Positions 1 through 9,233 of a DNA stretch of 64,000 nucleotides are shown piece by piece. The notes under the pieces are model-generated. The model searched no databases. It had not been told where the DNA came from and saw only the letters and a program-made list of their open reading frames with translations. The stretch lies in NCBI GenBank assembly GCA_963758635.1, contig CAVWWD010000008.1, positions 779,215 through 843,214 on the forward strand, given 5' to 3'. The stretch comes from an uncultured Candidatus Rokubacteria bacterium (GTDB lineage Bacteria; Methylomirabilota; Methylomirabilia; Rokubacteriales; CSP1-6). The stretch's first letter is position 1; every line of letters begins with the position of its first letter. Made by a program: the position numbers and the translations under genes.

Positions 1-515
1 TCGGTGCCGAGCGCCCGGTGCACGAAGCCGGCGCGGTGGATCGCGGCGAGGCCGTCCGTCACGCCCGCGGACAGGGCCACGAACTCCGCGATGCTGGAAG
101 GAGGCCGCTCGTCCTTCTGGATCGACGCGACGATGTCCGAGAGCGGGCGCGCCCCGCTGGCCCGCGCGAACACGGAGAACCACTCGCCCTCGTGCTGGAA
201 GAAGTCGATGACGGGGAGGATGTGCGGATGCTGAAGCTCCGCCTGGAGGCGTCGGGCGCGCCTCAGGCCCTCCACCGCGTCACTGTTGACGGCAACGTCG
301 GAGGCCGGCGCCGGTGACGGTGCCCCGCGCTGGCTCTCGTCGGACGGCCAGCGTTCGTGCCGCAGGAGCACGCCATGGCCCAGCGTGCGATGGTGGGCTT
401 CGTAGTCCGAGTAGCTCTCGCCGTACAGCAGGCGCCGGTCGGCCACGTACGATCCGACCGTCGCTGGCAGTGCGCGGCCGAGCAGCCGAGCGCCCCTCGT
501 CCTCGTTTGCTCCAT
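1..515 (-). CDS. protein kinase-like domain protein, N-terminal part (3' end runs off window start)
   Basis: Open frame missing from the ORF track because it has no stop inside the window; ATG at 515-513. Translation MEQTRTRGARLLG...LQHPHILPVIDFF...RPLSDIV...GLAAIHRAGFVHRALGT follows Hanks-kinase subdomain order. The glycine loop and HRD motif are degenerate (HRALG). Confidence 0.4.
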   Translation of the reverse strand, partial: MEQTRTRGARLLGRALPATVGSYVADRRLLYGESYSDYEAHHRTLGHGVLLRHERWPSDESQRGAPSPAPASDVAVNSDAVEGLRRARRLQAELQHPHILPVIDFFQHEGEWFSVFARASGARPLSDIVASIQKDERPPSSIAEFVALSAGVTDGLAAIHRAGFVHRALGT

Positions 516-651
516 GTGATCACCGACACCTACGTGTATAACAGGAAGACCTCGGGCATCGCGCCCGCGAGCTCGAACGTCCGGCGCGCGCGATGGTCGC
601 AAGCCCGGGTGCCCGCCCCATGGTGACCTCAATGATCCAGGAGATCCGAGC

Positions 652-1566
652 ATGAAGCTCTCCGTCGAGTTCCCGAGTGTCGCCTACCGCGAGGGGCCGC
701 AGGGGGTGGCCAGGTTCGCCCGGGCCGTCGAGGAGATCGGGTACGACCACATCGACGTGTTCGACCACGTCGTGATGGGGTTCCCGCGCGACGGCCGGCC
801 GCCCGGCCCGTACCCCGCCGGCATGCCGATCCTCGAGGCGCTGATGACGCTCTCGTACGTGGCGGCCGTCACCTCGCGGGTGACGCTCGGCACGGAGGTG
901 CTGGTGCTCCCGCAGCGGCAGCCGGTGCTGGTGGCCAAGCAGGTGAGCACGCTCGACACGCTCTCGGGCGGCCGGGTGCGGCTGGGGGTGGGCGTCGGAT
1001 GGCAGGAGTCGGAGTACGAGGCGCTTGGCGAGGACTTCCGCGACCGGGGCGCGCGCATGGACGAGGCGATCCGCCTGCTCCGCGCGTGCTGGTCGGACGC
1101 GAAGCTCGACGTGGACGAGCCGCACTACAAGATGGTCGCCATGGGCATGGAGCCGAAGCCCCCGCAGGGCCGCGCGCTCCCCATCTGGGTGGGCGGCCGA
1201 TCCGAAGCCGCCTATCGCCGGGTCGCCCGGCTCGGAGACGGATGGCTCGCCGGCGGCATGCCGGACAACGAGAGCACGACGAAGGCCATCGAGTCGATCC
1301 GCCGGCACGCCGAGGCGGCGGGCCGCGATCCCGCGTCGATCGGGCTCGGGAGCATGGTGGCGACGCCTCCGAAGGACACGGAGGGCAAGCGCTTCTACGC
1401 GGAGCACGACCGCGTCGCCGCCCGCGCCGCGGAGCTGCAGAAGATGGGCTTCCAGTGGGCGGCCATCAACGCCACCGCGATCTTCCAGGCTGGCGCGCGC
1501 TCGGTGGACGCCATGATCGACGCGCTCGCCGCCCTCCATGCCAAGCTCCGCGCCACCGTCGGGTGA
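652..1566 (+). CDS. LLM class F420-dependent oxidoreductase (luciferase-like)
   Basis: 304-aa ORF with GGAG upstream of the ATG. Luciferase-like hallmarks: GYDHIDVFDHV, LGTEVLVLPQRQPVLVAKQVSTLD, GGRVRLGVGVGWQESEYEALG. Confidence 0.85.
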   Translation: MKLSVEFPSVAYREGPQGVARFARAVEEIGYDHIDVFDHVVMGFPRDGRPPGPYPAGMPILEALMTLSYVAAVTSRVTLGTEVLVLPQRQPVLVAKQVSTLDTLSGGRVRLGVGVGWQESEYEALGEDFRDRGARMDEAIRLLRACWSDAKLDVDEPHYKMVAMGMEPKPPQGRALPIWVGGRSEAAYRRVARLGDGWLAGGMPDNESTTKAIESIRRHAEAAGRDPASIGLGSMVATPPKDTEGKRFYAEHDRVAARAAELQKMGFQWAAINATAIFQAGARSVDAMIDALAALHAKLRATVG

Positions 1567-1721
1567 CCACGTGTCGTCGCCACGCGATGCCGCGATCGCC
1601 CCTTGTGCGACGCGGGTTCGGCGTTTGAATGCCGGGGACGCGCGTGGGGCCGACGAGGGCTGAGACGGGCAGGGCACGCGGTGTCGTTCGCGGAAACGTC
1701 CTTCAGAAAGGAGGCACGGCC

Positions 1722-2129
1722 ATGCGAGGGGAGAACAGGTCGATGAGATCGAGGGACTGGGCGGTTCGGCTCGTCTTGGTTGTCATGGTCGCGGCGATCG
1801 CCGCCGCGTGCGCCTCCGGAGACGCAGCCAAGCGCGTCGCGGGAGCGCCCATCGAGAGCGTCGGGTCCATCGCCGGGACGTGGACGGGCACGCTCGAGTT
1901 CGGGTCCGGCGAGCAGGCGTGCACGCTCACGATCGAGCCCGGCGGCCATGCCACGCTCGTGGCCCGCACCATGACGGTGCACGGCTCGGTCTCCGTCAAC
2001 CAGGGGAAGGGCGCGTATTCCTTCCCCGGCCGGTCGGATGGGACGTTGACGCTCTACCAGGACGGCGGCAAGCGCCAGCTGCAGCTGAAGGGCACCAGCG
2101 GGGTCTTCGACGCGCGCGTGACGAAGTAG
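1722..2129 (+). CDS. small secreted protein, probable lipoprotein
   Basis: Internal ATG at 1722 preceded by GAAAGGAGG (1706-1714). Signal peptide VRLVLVVMVAAIAAAC with a Cys in lipobox-like context. No family recognised. Confidence 0.55.
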   Translation: MRGENRSMRSRDWAVRLVLVVMVAAIAAACASGDAAKRVAGAPIESVGSIAGTWTGTLEFGSGEQACTLTIEPGGHATLVARTMTVHGSVSVNQGKGAYSFPGRSDGTLTLYQDGGKRQLQLKGTSGVFDARVTK

Positions 2130-2234
2130 CGCGCCGGGGCGGTGCGCGTCATCGGCTCGCCGGCGTCCGATACACGCCCATCAGATACGCGCTCGTGAGC
2201 CGGCAGTTGCCGCCCGCGCCTCCGACGCCGTGCC

Positions 2235-3038
2235 TCAGGGCAGGGGGATCCGCGGCGGCAAGCCGGTCTGGGCGGTGAGGCCGCCGTCGGCCACCACCGC
2301 CGCGCCGGTCACGTACGACGCGAGATCCGAGGCCAGGAACAGCACCACGTTCGCCATCTCCTCGGGCTTGCCGAGCCGGCGCATGGGGATCGCCGCCGTC
2401 GTCGCCTCCGCGAAGCCGGGCAGGGCCAGCGACGGGCGCAGCAGCGGGGTGTCGATCGCCCCGGGGCAGACGCAGTTGACGCGGATGCCGCGAGCCGCGT
2501 ACTCGATCGCCGTCACCCTGGTGAGGTTGACCACGCCGGCCTTGGCCGCGTTGTAGGCCCCGATGGCGAAGTCCCCGAACAGGCCCGAGATCGACGCGGT
2601 GTTCACGATGGCGCCGCCCCCACGCCGGAGCAGCTCGGGGATCGCGCGCTTGGTGGCCCGGAAGACCCCCGTGAGGGCGAGGTCGATCACGTGGGTCCAG
2701 ACCTTCTCGTCGATGTCGGCGGTGAAGGCGAGGCGGCTCTGGCCCGGTGGCAGGGACGGCTGGCCGAAGGCGTTGTTGTGGAGGATGTCGAGCCCGCCGA
2801 ACGCCTTGACCGCGCCCGCGACCATCGCCTCCACGCCGTCGATCGTCGCGGCGTCGGCGGCGATCGCCACGGCCTTGCCACCCGCCGCGCCGATCTCGGC
2901 GGCCACCGCCTCGGCCCTGGCGCCGTCGATGTCGGCCACGGCCACCTGCGCGCCCCGTGCCGCGAATCCCAGCGCCGTCGCGCGGCCGATGCCCGAGCCC
3001 GCGCCCGAGATCAGCGCCGCCTTCCCGTCGAATCGCAC
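2235..3038 (-). CDS. SDR family oxidoreductase
   Basis: 267 aa. Motifs: TGxxxGIG-type (ISGAGSGIGRA), NNAFG, catalytic YNAAK, C-terminal PGAIDTP. Confidence 0.9.
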   Translation of the reverse strand: MRFDGKAALISGAGSGIGRATALGFAARGAQVAVADIDGARAEAVAAEIGAAGGKAVAIAADAATIDGVEAMVAGAVKAFGGLDILHNNAFGQPSLPPGQSRLAFTADIDEKVWTHVIDLALTGVFRATKRAIPELLRRGGGAIVNTASISGLFGDFAIGAYNAAKAGVVNLTRVTAIEYAARGIRVNCVCPGAIDTPLLRPSLALPGFAEATTAAIPMRRLGKPEEMANVVLFLASDLASYVTGAAVVADGGLTAQTGLPPRIPLP

Positions 3039-3056
3039 GACGTCTCCGGCCGGGGC

Positions 3057-3665
3057 TCAGAACCTCATGCGGCGCTGCAGGTCGTCCACGCTCTGGTTGA
3101 GCTGGTCGAAGTCAGTCCCCTCGCCGCCCGGCGTGACGTGGTTCACCACCTCGGGCAGGAGCTCCGCCATGCCCGCGCTCGCTTGCTCGCGGGTAATGCC
3201 GGCCCGCTGAGCGATCTCCTCGAGGCCGCCCTGGCCGAAGATCTCCTCGAGGGCGCCCGGCTCGATCGGCATGTTCTGGCCGTTGCCCACCCACGAGCGG
3301 GCCTGCTCGCCGTAGCCGGCCCGCTGCATCTGCTCGACGAGGCCGCCGAGCCCGCCCATGCCGGCTTCCTGGCCGGCGCCGCGACCGGTCATGCCGCCGA
3401 TGACGTCACCGAGCCCGCCGCCACCTCCGGGCTGCCCGCCGCCGAGGATCTGGCCCAGGATGTCTCCCAGGCCGCCGCCGCCGCCGCGCCCGCCGCCACG
3501 GCTCGCGAGCATCGACAGCACCACCGGGAGCAGCGCCATCATGACGCCGCCCATGCCGCCGCCGCCCGCCTGCGCGGACGGCGGCGCCGGGCTTCCGCGA
3601 GGATCCAGCTGGCTCGAGCCTCCGCCGAGGGCACCACGGAGCAGGTCGTCAAGAAGTCCCATCAC
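3057..3665 (-). CDS. YidB/DUF937 family protein (Gly-rich)
   Basis: 202 aa. N-terminal MMGLLDDLL, long Gly-rich repeats (GGGGGLGDILGQILGG / GGGGGLGDVIGGMTG). C-terminal GLEEIAQRAGITREQASAGMAELLPEVVNHVTPGG is typical of DUF937. Confidence 0.7.
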   Translation of the reverse strand: MMGLLDDLLRGALGGGSSQLDPRGSPAPPSAQAGGGGMGGVMMALLPVVLSMLASRGGGRGGGGGLGDILGQILGGGQPGGGGGLGDVIGGMTGRGAGQEAGMGGLGGLVEQMQRAGYGEQARSWVGNGQNMPIEPGALEEIFGQGGLEEIAQRAGITREQASAGMAELLPEVVNHVTPGGEGTDFDQLNQSVDDLQRRMRF

Positions 3666-3695
3666 ACCCTCCTGTCGAGGCGGCGGCGCCGTCGG

Positions 3696-5129
3696 CTAGT
3701 AGCGGTAGTGGTCCGGCTTGTACGGGCCGGCCTTGTCCACGCCGATGTAGCGCGCCTGGGCGTCGGTCAGCTCGGTCAGACGCGCGTTGAGCTTCTTGAG
3801 CTGTAGCCGCGCCACCTTCTCGTCGAGGTGCTTGGGCAGGACGTACACGCCGACGGGGTAGGCTTGCGGGCGCGTGAAGAGCTCGATCTGCGCGATGACC
3901 TGGTTGGCGAACGACGAGCTCATCACGTAGCTCGGATGCCCGGTGCCGCAGCCCAGGTTCACCAGCCGGCCCTCGGCGAGCAGGATGATGCGCTTGCCGT
4001 CGGGGAACACCACGTGGTCGACCTGCGGCTTGATGTTCTCCCACTTGTACTGGCGCAGCGAGGCGATGTCGATCTCGCTGTCGAAGTGACCGATGTTGCA
4101 GACGATGGCCTGGTCCTTCATCCGCGCCATGTGGTCGTGGCCGATGACGTGGTAGTTGCCGGTGGCGGTCACGAAGATGTCGCCCTGGCTGGCCGCCTCG
4201 TCCATGGTCACGACGCGGTACCCTTCCATCGCGGCCTGGAGCGCGCAGATCGGGTCGACCTCCGTCACCCAGACCTGCGCCGACAGCGCGCGCAGCGCCT
4301 GCGCCGAGCCCTTGCCCACGTCGCCGTATCCGCACACCACCGCGACCTTGCCCGCGACCATCACGTCGGTGGCGCGCTTGATGCCGTCCACCAGCGACTC
4401 GCGGCAGCCGTACAGGTTGTCGAACTTGCTCTTGGTCACGGAGTCGTTGACGTTGATCGCGGGGAACTTGAGCCGTCCGTCCTTGGCCATCTGGTACAGA
4501 CGCTTGACCCCTGTCGTGGTCTCCTCGCTCACGCCCCGCACCTTGGCCGCGCGCACGGAGTACCAGGCCGGGTCCTGCGCGAGCTTCGCCTTGATCGCGG
4601 CGAAGAGCGCGGTCTCCTCCTCGCTGGTCGGCCGCGCGATCACCGACGGGTCGCGCTCGGCCTCCGCGCCCAGGTGCAGGAGCAGCGTGGCGTCGCCGCC
4701 GTCGTCGAGGATCATGTTGGAGTGCCCGCCGTCGGGCCACTCGAAGATCCGGTGCGTGTAGTCCCAGTACTGCTCGAGCGACTCGCCCTTGGTCGCGAAG
4801 ACGGGCGTGCCGGCGGCGGCGATCGCCGCGGCGGCGTGGTCCTGCGTGGAGAAGATGTTGCAGGACGCCCACCGCACCTGCGCGCCGAGGGCCTGCAGGG
4901 TCTCGATGAGGACGGCGGTCTGGATCGTCATGTGGAGCGACCCGGAGATGCGGGCGCCGGAGAGCGGCTGGGCGCTCGCGTACTCCTCGCGGATGGCCAT
5001 GAGACCGGGCATCTCGGTCTCGGCGATCAGCATTTCCTTGCGGCCCCAGCCGGCGAGGCCGAGGTCGGCGACGACGTGGTCGGGCGTGGCGGCGGTCTTG
5101 CGGGTGGCGGACTGCTGGGCTGTGCTCAT
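3696..5129 (-). CDS. ahcY: adenosylhomocysteinase
   Basis: 477 aa with unmistakable SAHH sequence: [48 protein letters not shown] site [16 protein letters not shown]-terminal [10 protein letters not shown]. Confidence 0.97.
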   Translation of the reverse strand: MSTAQQSATRKTAATPDHVVADLGLAGWGRKEMLIAETEMPGLMAIREEYASAQPLSGARISGSLHMTIQTAVLIETLQALGAQVRWASCNIFSTQDHAAAAIAAAGTPVFATKGESLEQYWDYTHRIFEWPDGGHSNMILDDGGDATLLLHLGAEAERDPSVIARPTSEEETALFAAIKAKLAQDPAWYSVRAAKVRGVSEETTTGVKRLYQMAKDGRLKFPAINVNDSVTKSKFDNLYGCRESLVDGIKRATDVMVAGKVAVVCGYGDVGKGSAQALRALSAQVWVTEVDPICALQAAMEGYRVVTMDEAASQGDIFVTATGNYHVIGHDHMARMKDQAIVCNIGHFDSEIDIASLRQYKWENIKPQVDHVVFPDGKRIILLAEGRLVNLGCGTGHPSYVMSSSFANQVIAQIELFTRPQAYPVGVYVLPKHLDEKVARLQLKKLNARLTELTDAQARYIGVDKAGPYKPDHYRY

Positions 5130-5156
5130 CTCGCACTCTCCCGTGTCTTGGAGTTT

Positions 5157-5257
5157 GCGAGCGCCGTTGCCTGGTGCTGGCCCGGTCCGGTGCTTCCTGT
5201 CCGGTCAGCCGCTTCGAGCCTGGCGGGAGGGCTCCCGTCGCAACGCTCCTCGAAGCC
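5157..5257 (-). promoter_or_regulatory. SAH riboswitch (RF01057-type) in the ahcY leader
   Basis: Minus-strand RNA GGCUUCGAGGAGCGUUGCGACGGGAGCCCUCCCGCCAGGCUCGAAGC...(variable hairpin)...GGCAACGGCGCUCGC. It has P1 (GCUUCGAG/CUCGAAGC), P2 (CGGGAG/CUCCCG), and the conserved GAGGAGCGYUGCGAC, AGGCUCG and AACGGCGCUC blocks with GAGCG/CGCUC pseudoknot potential. It lies 28 nt upstream of the ahcY ATG. Confidence 0.8.
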
Positions 5258-5277
5258 GTTGGGTGACTCCCGGGCGA

Positions 5278-6175
5278 TTATCGGCCGGTTCGCGGCTCCT
5301 GACAAGTCGGAAGGCCCATGAGGGCGAGCGCCTCGGCGCCCAGCAGGCCCTCCGGGCTCGCCAGGGTCTCCGGGATCTCGAAGTGGTTGAGCCCGGGCGC
5401 GACGATGAGCCGGCGCAGCCGGCCGCTGCCGCTCGAGAGCCTGGGCGAACTCCCGCGACTGCCGCTGGAACTCCGGGGAGTCGCCGCCGGCGTAGGCCAC
5501 CGTGACGGGGCACGTGATCCGGGCGAGGTGACGGAGCGGACTCAGCTCGTGCTCGATGCGGTCGTCGAAGCGCACGTACGACGAACGCGCGGACAGCCGG
5601 ACCGGCCTGAGGTCGTACATGCCGCTCACGCAGAGGGCGCCCTTGACCACGTCGGCGGCCAGCCCGAAGTCCGCGATCCAGTCGGTGACCAGCACGTTGG
5701 CGGCCAGGTGCGCGCCCGACGAGTGCCCGGCCACGTGGATGCGCGCGGGGTCGCCGCCCAGGTCCTTCGCGTGACGGGCGACCCACGCCACCGCGCGCCG
5801 CACCTGCGCGACCATCCCGTCGAGCCCCACCTCCATGACCGTCGCGAAGTCGGGAACGACCCAGTGGGCGCCGGCGCGGACGAACGTCTCCGCGGCGTAG
5901 GCCTGGCTGCGCGCGTCGCCGCCGCGCCACGCGCCGCCGTGCAGGAACACCATGACGGGCGCGTTCGGCGCCGCGGTCGGGAAGACGTCGAGCTGCTCGA
6001 TCGCGGCCGAGCCGTAGGCGTGGCGCTCGGGGTCGCCGAGCCGGGCGCGCAGGGCCTCCGAGGCGGCGGCGCGCCGGTCGAGCGCCTCCTGACGGTTGGG
6101 CGCCCACGCCGCCTGGTCGTAGGCGCGGTCCAGGGCGGCCTGGTCGTAGTCGAGGAAGACCCGCTCGGGTGACAT
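5278..6175 (-). CDS. alpha/beta hydrolase (fold-3, arylformamidase/esterase-like), one apparent +1 frameshift near 5433
   Basis: Starts MSPERVFLDYDQAALDRAYDQ. Oxyanion FLHGGAWRGG, nucleophile elbow AGHSSGAHL. After ...EFAQALE the family-typical tail RLRRLIVAPGLNHFEIPETLASPEGLLGAEALALMGL continues one base out of frame and stops at TAA 5280-5278. The track ORF instead reads on through the riboswitch. Confidence 0.7.
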
Positions 6176-7876
6176 GGCCCGGAAGATACCACTGATGTTG
6201 CGAGGGTCATGGCGGATGCGCGCGAGGATGACCAGGCGGTGGCCCTCGACGAAGTCGATATGCCGCGGATACGTCCAGCGCGGCGGGGCGGGCGACGCGC
6301 GGTCGAAGACGATGCGGTACGCGTACCGCTCGGCGAGCAGGTCGTCGAAGAACGACCGCATCTCCGGGTAGAGCTCGCGTTCGGTCCAGTCGAGGAAGCG
6401 CTGGTAGTAGAGCGAGCTGACCGCGATGAAGTCGGGTCCGAGCTCCTGCAGGTGCTCCTGGCGGTACGCGCGAACCCGTTGGTCGTCGCGCTCGCGCGCT
6501 TCCCGGGACACGACCTCGGCGCGCCCCCGCGACGTGGGCGCGAACCGCGCGGAGAAGAGCCGCGTCCGCCCGCTGACCGTCGGCAGGCTCACGACCCCGA
6601 AGGGAAGCCGGGGCCAGCCGCGCCACGTCGGCGCGTACTCGGTCCGGAGGAGGCGGGCCCCGGGCGGCACGTGCTCCACGGCCCAGCGCTGCGCGGCCAT
6701 CCGCGGATCGCCGAGGAAGCGGCGGCCGACGTGGTAGCTGCACGCCACGTTGTACGTCAGCGTGACCACGAGGAGCGCGAGGAAGGCGCCGCGCCACCGC
6801 CGGAGGGCGTCCCAGGTCAGCGCGCTCAGGACCAGCAGGTACGGAACGATCGGCAGGATGAACCGGTCCTCGAGCCGCGGGAAGCTCCCGAACTTGATCA
6901 CGTACGGCACGGTGACGGACAGCGCCATGACGACGAGCGCGGTCCGCGCATCGAGGGGCCGGGGCGGGCGGACCACGAGGCGGAGGGCGAGGACGAGGCC
7001 GACCGTCGCCAGGGCGAGCCCATGGACCCCGATCAGCTCGCCCACGAAGCGCACGAGGTCGCCGAAGCTCGTCCCGGTCATCCGGCCCGAGTAGACGGGC
7101 GTGATCTCGTAGTTCAGCAGGAAGTCGCTCACGAAGGCGCGCGCGTCCAGGACGGCGTACGGGCACGCGAGGACGAAGGCGATCGGGACCGCGGCCAGCC
7201 CCAGCGCCAGGCGCCGGTCCAGCACGACCTCGCGGAGCGAGCGGCCGCGCGCGGACAGGGCGTGCGCGGCGACGAGCGCGAACCCGATGGCGAGGCCGTT
7301 GTACTTCGTGGCCGTCGCCACCCCGACGAGGGCGCCGGCGCAGACGTAGTGCGTGGGCGAGGGCCGGGTGAGGATCTTCTGCGCGAAGCGGAAGCTCGCC
7401 AGCATCCAGAAGAGGACGGGCACGTCGGCGGTCAGGAAGAGCGCGAACGGGATGATCCCCGCGCTGGTCGCGAACAGCACGGCGACGACCCGCGCCACGT
7501 GCGCGTGGAACGCGTCCCGGACGATCAGGAAGACGATCGAGACCGCGCCCAGGAAGAGCCCGAGGGTCAGGAGCCGCGAGAGCCAGATCACCAGCGCGTC
7601 GCGCGGCGTCCCGACGGCCAGGCTGATGGCCCGCGCGGGGCCCTCGGCGACGAGGAAGTTCAGATAGGTGTGGAACGGCGGCTTGAGGTAGCTCTCGGGC
7701 TGGAAGGGCCAGCGGCCGGGACCGAAGAGCGTCCGCAGGGCCATCTGGTCGGGGTTCCAGTGCTCCAGGCGTCCCCACGCCGATCCGTGCAGGCAAAGAG
7801 CCAGGCCCAGGAGCAGGGCCAGCGCGAGACCTGGGTCGACGCGCACAGCGTCCCGCGCCGGAGCCATGAGTCGCAT
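6176..7876 (-). CDS. glycosyltransferase family 39 / ArnT-PMT_2-like integral membrane protein
   Basis: N-terminal ~400 aa is multi-pass membrane, followed by a soluble tail (SSLYYQRFLDWTERELYPEMRSFFDDLLAERYAYRIVFD). Start could be 7894, 7876 or 7867. The 3' end is arbitrary because no stop codon separates it from the hydrolase ORF. Confidence 0.65.
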
Positions 7877-7892
7877 GCTAGAGTGCGCCACC

Positions 7893-9188
7893 ATGTGGCG
7901 ACGCCCGCTGCTCGCCGTCCTGGCGCTGGTCCTGGCGTTCGCGGCGCCGCGTGGTCCGTGGCTCGATCCGACCGCGGCCCAGCCCGCGCGGGAGCCCTCG
8001 CGGGCGGCCGAGCCGAAGCCGGCGCGCGAGGCGATCAGCCGGCGCGGCGTCCTCGACGGCGCGGACTACGTGATCGAGGCGCCGGCCGGCTGGCAGGGCG
8101 GCCTCGTCGTGTTCGCGCACGGGATCCAGCGGGGCCCCGGGCCGGGCGCGGTCACTGCGCTGCCGATCGCGAGCCACGTGACCGCGCAGGGGCACGCGTG
8201 GATCGCGTCGGGGTACCGCGCCCGCGAGTACCAGCCGCACCTCTTCATCGAGGACCTGGTCGCGCTGCGCGAGCTGTTCTTCAAGGAAGTCGGCCGGCCG
8301 CGCTGGACGATCATCTATGGCCAGTCGATGGGCGGCCACATCGTGGTGGCGTCGCTCGAGCTCCGGCCGGGGCTCTACCAGGGGGGCCTGGCCGAATGCG
8401 GCCTCGTCGACGGTATCGCCATCGCCGACTACCTGCTGGCGTACACCGCCGCGGCCGAGCTCATCGCCGGCGTGCCGCTCCTGGACGCGCCCGACCGGCC
8501 GGAGTTCGCGCGCGTCCTCAACGAGGGCGTCGTGCCGGCGCTGGGCACGCCCGGCGCCTACACCCCGCGCGGACGGCAGTTCGACAGCGTGGTCAAGTAC
8601 CTGATGGGCGCCGATCAGGCGGGCCACGACCTCCCGCTCCGCGTGCAGGGGCTCCGGCGGCGCTTTCTCCTGAACATGACCTACCGGCATCCCGACGTGG
8701 AGAAGGAAGCCACGCCGGGCGGGCGCGCGGCGAGCACCGCGCACATCCGGTACCGGATCGATCCCGGCCTCGGGCTCACGGAGGACGACCTCAACGCGCG
8801 GGTCCGGCGCCTGCATCCCGCGAAGGACGCCCGCTCGCCGGGCGCCAACCCCGTCTATGCGGAGCGCACCGGGCGGCTGACCGCTCCGCTCCTCACGCTC
8901 CATGAGACCGGCGACGCGTGGGTGCCGCTCAGCCTGGAGCAGTCCTATCGGCGCCGGACCATCGCCGCCGGCGCCGCGCATCTCCTGGTGCAGCGCGTGA
9001 CGCGCGCGCCCAGTCACTGCGGCTTCGACGGCGAGACGCGCGAGCAGGCGTTCGACGACCTGGTGACATGGATCGAGCGCGGCGTGCGCCCGGACGGCGA
9101 GGACGTGCTGGCGCCGGACCTCCGGCGCATCGGCCTCAAGTGGACGCTCGTGCTGCACCCGGAGGACCCGCTCGCCCCCGGCCGCTGA
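7893..9188 (+). CDS. secreted alpha/beta hydrolase-like protein
   Basis: Start chosen at MWRRPLLAVLALVLAFAAP (signal peptide). Nucleophile elbow YGQSMGGH. Subfamily not recognised. Confidence 0.55.
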   Translation: MWRRPLLAVLALVLAFAAPRGPWLDPTAAQPAREPSRAAEPKPAREAISRRGVLDGADYVIEAPAGWQGGLVVFAHGIQRGPGPGAVTALPIASHVTAQGHAWIASGYRAREYQPHLFIEDLVALRELFFKEVGRPRWTIIYGQSMGGHIVVASLELRPGLYQGGLAECGLVDGIAIADYLLAYTAAAELIAGVPLLDAPDRPEFARVLNEGVVPALGTPGAYTPRGRQFDSVVKYLMGADQAGHDLPLRVQGLRRRFLLNMTYRHPDVEKEATPGGRAASTAHIRYRIDPGLGLTEDDLNARVRRLHPAKDARSPGANPVYAERTGRLTAPLLTLHETGDAWVPLSLEQSYRRRTIAAGAAHLLVQRVTRAPSHCGFDGETREQAFDDLVTWIERGVRPDGEDVLAPDLRRIGLKWTLVLHPEDPLAPGR

Positions 9189-9233
9189 GCGTGTCGGGGA
9201 CATCTCCAGGGCCGGCCGTGGCGCGCGGCCCCG

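Noticed and set aside
520-1677. Long alternative-frame and antisense ORFs throughout the track, for example 520..1677(-), 3649..5136(-), 6209..8905(+), 30586..33819(+), 36337..38364(-) and 57025..59715(+).
   Set aside because: Their translations are Arg/Pro/Gly/Ala-rich low-complexity sequence typical of stop-poor off-frames in ~70% GC DNA. Each overlaps a gene with clear family motifs in another frame.
3057-3665. Gly-rich repeats in the DUF937 gene as a DNA-level tandem repeat or contingency locus.
   Set aside because: The repeats are imperfect at nucleotide level and match the normal low-complexity linker of YidB-family proteins.
5126-7894. 922-aa ORF as a single protein ending at 5126.
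   Set aside because: Its last ~100 codons translate the SAH riboswitch and ahcY leader. The hydrolase family C-terminus (GLNHFEIPE...) lies one base out of frame and stops at 5278.
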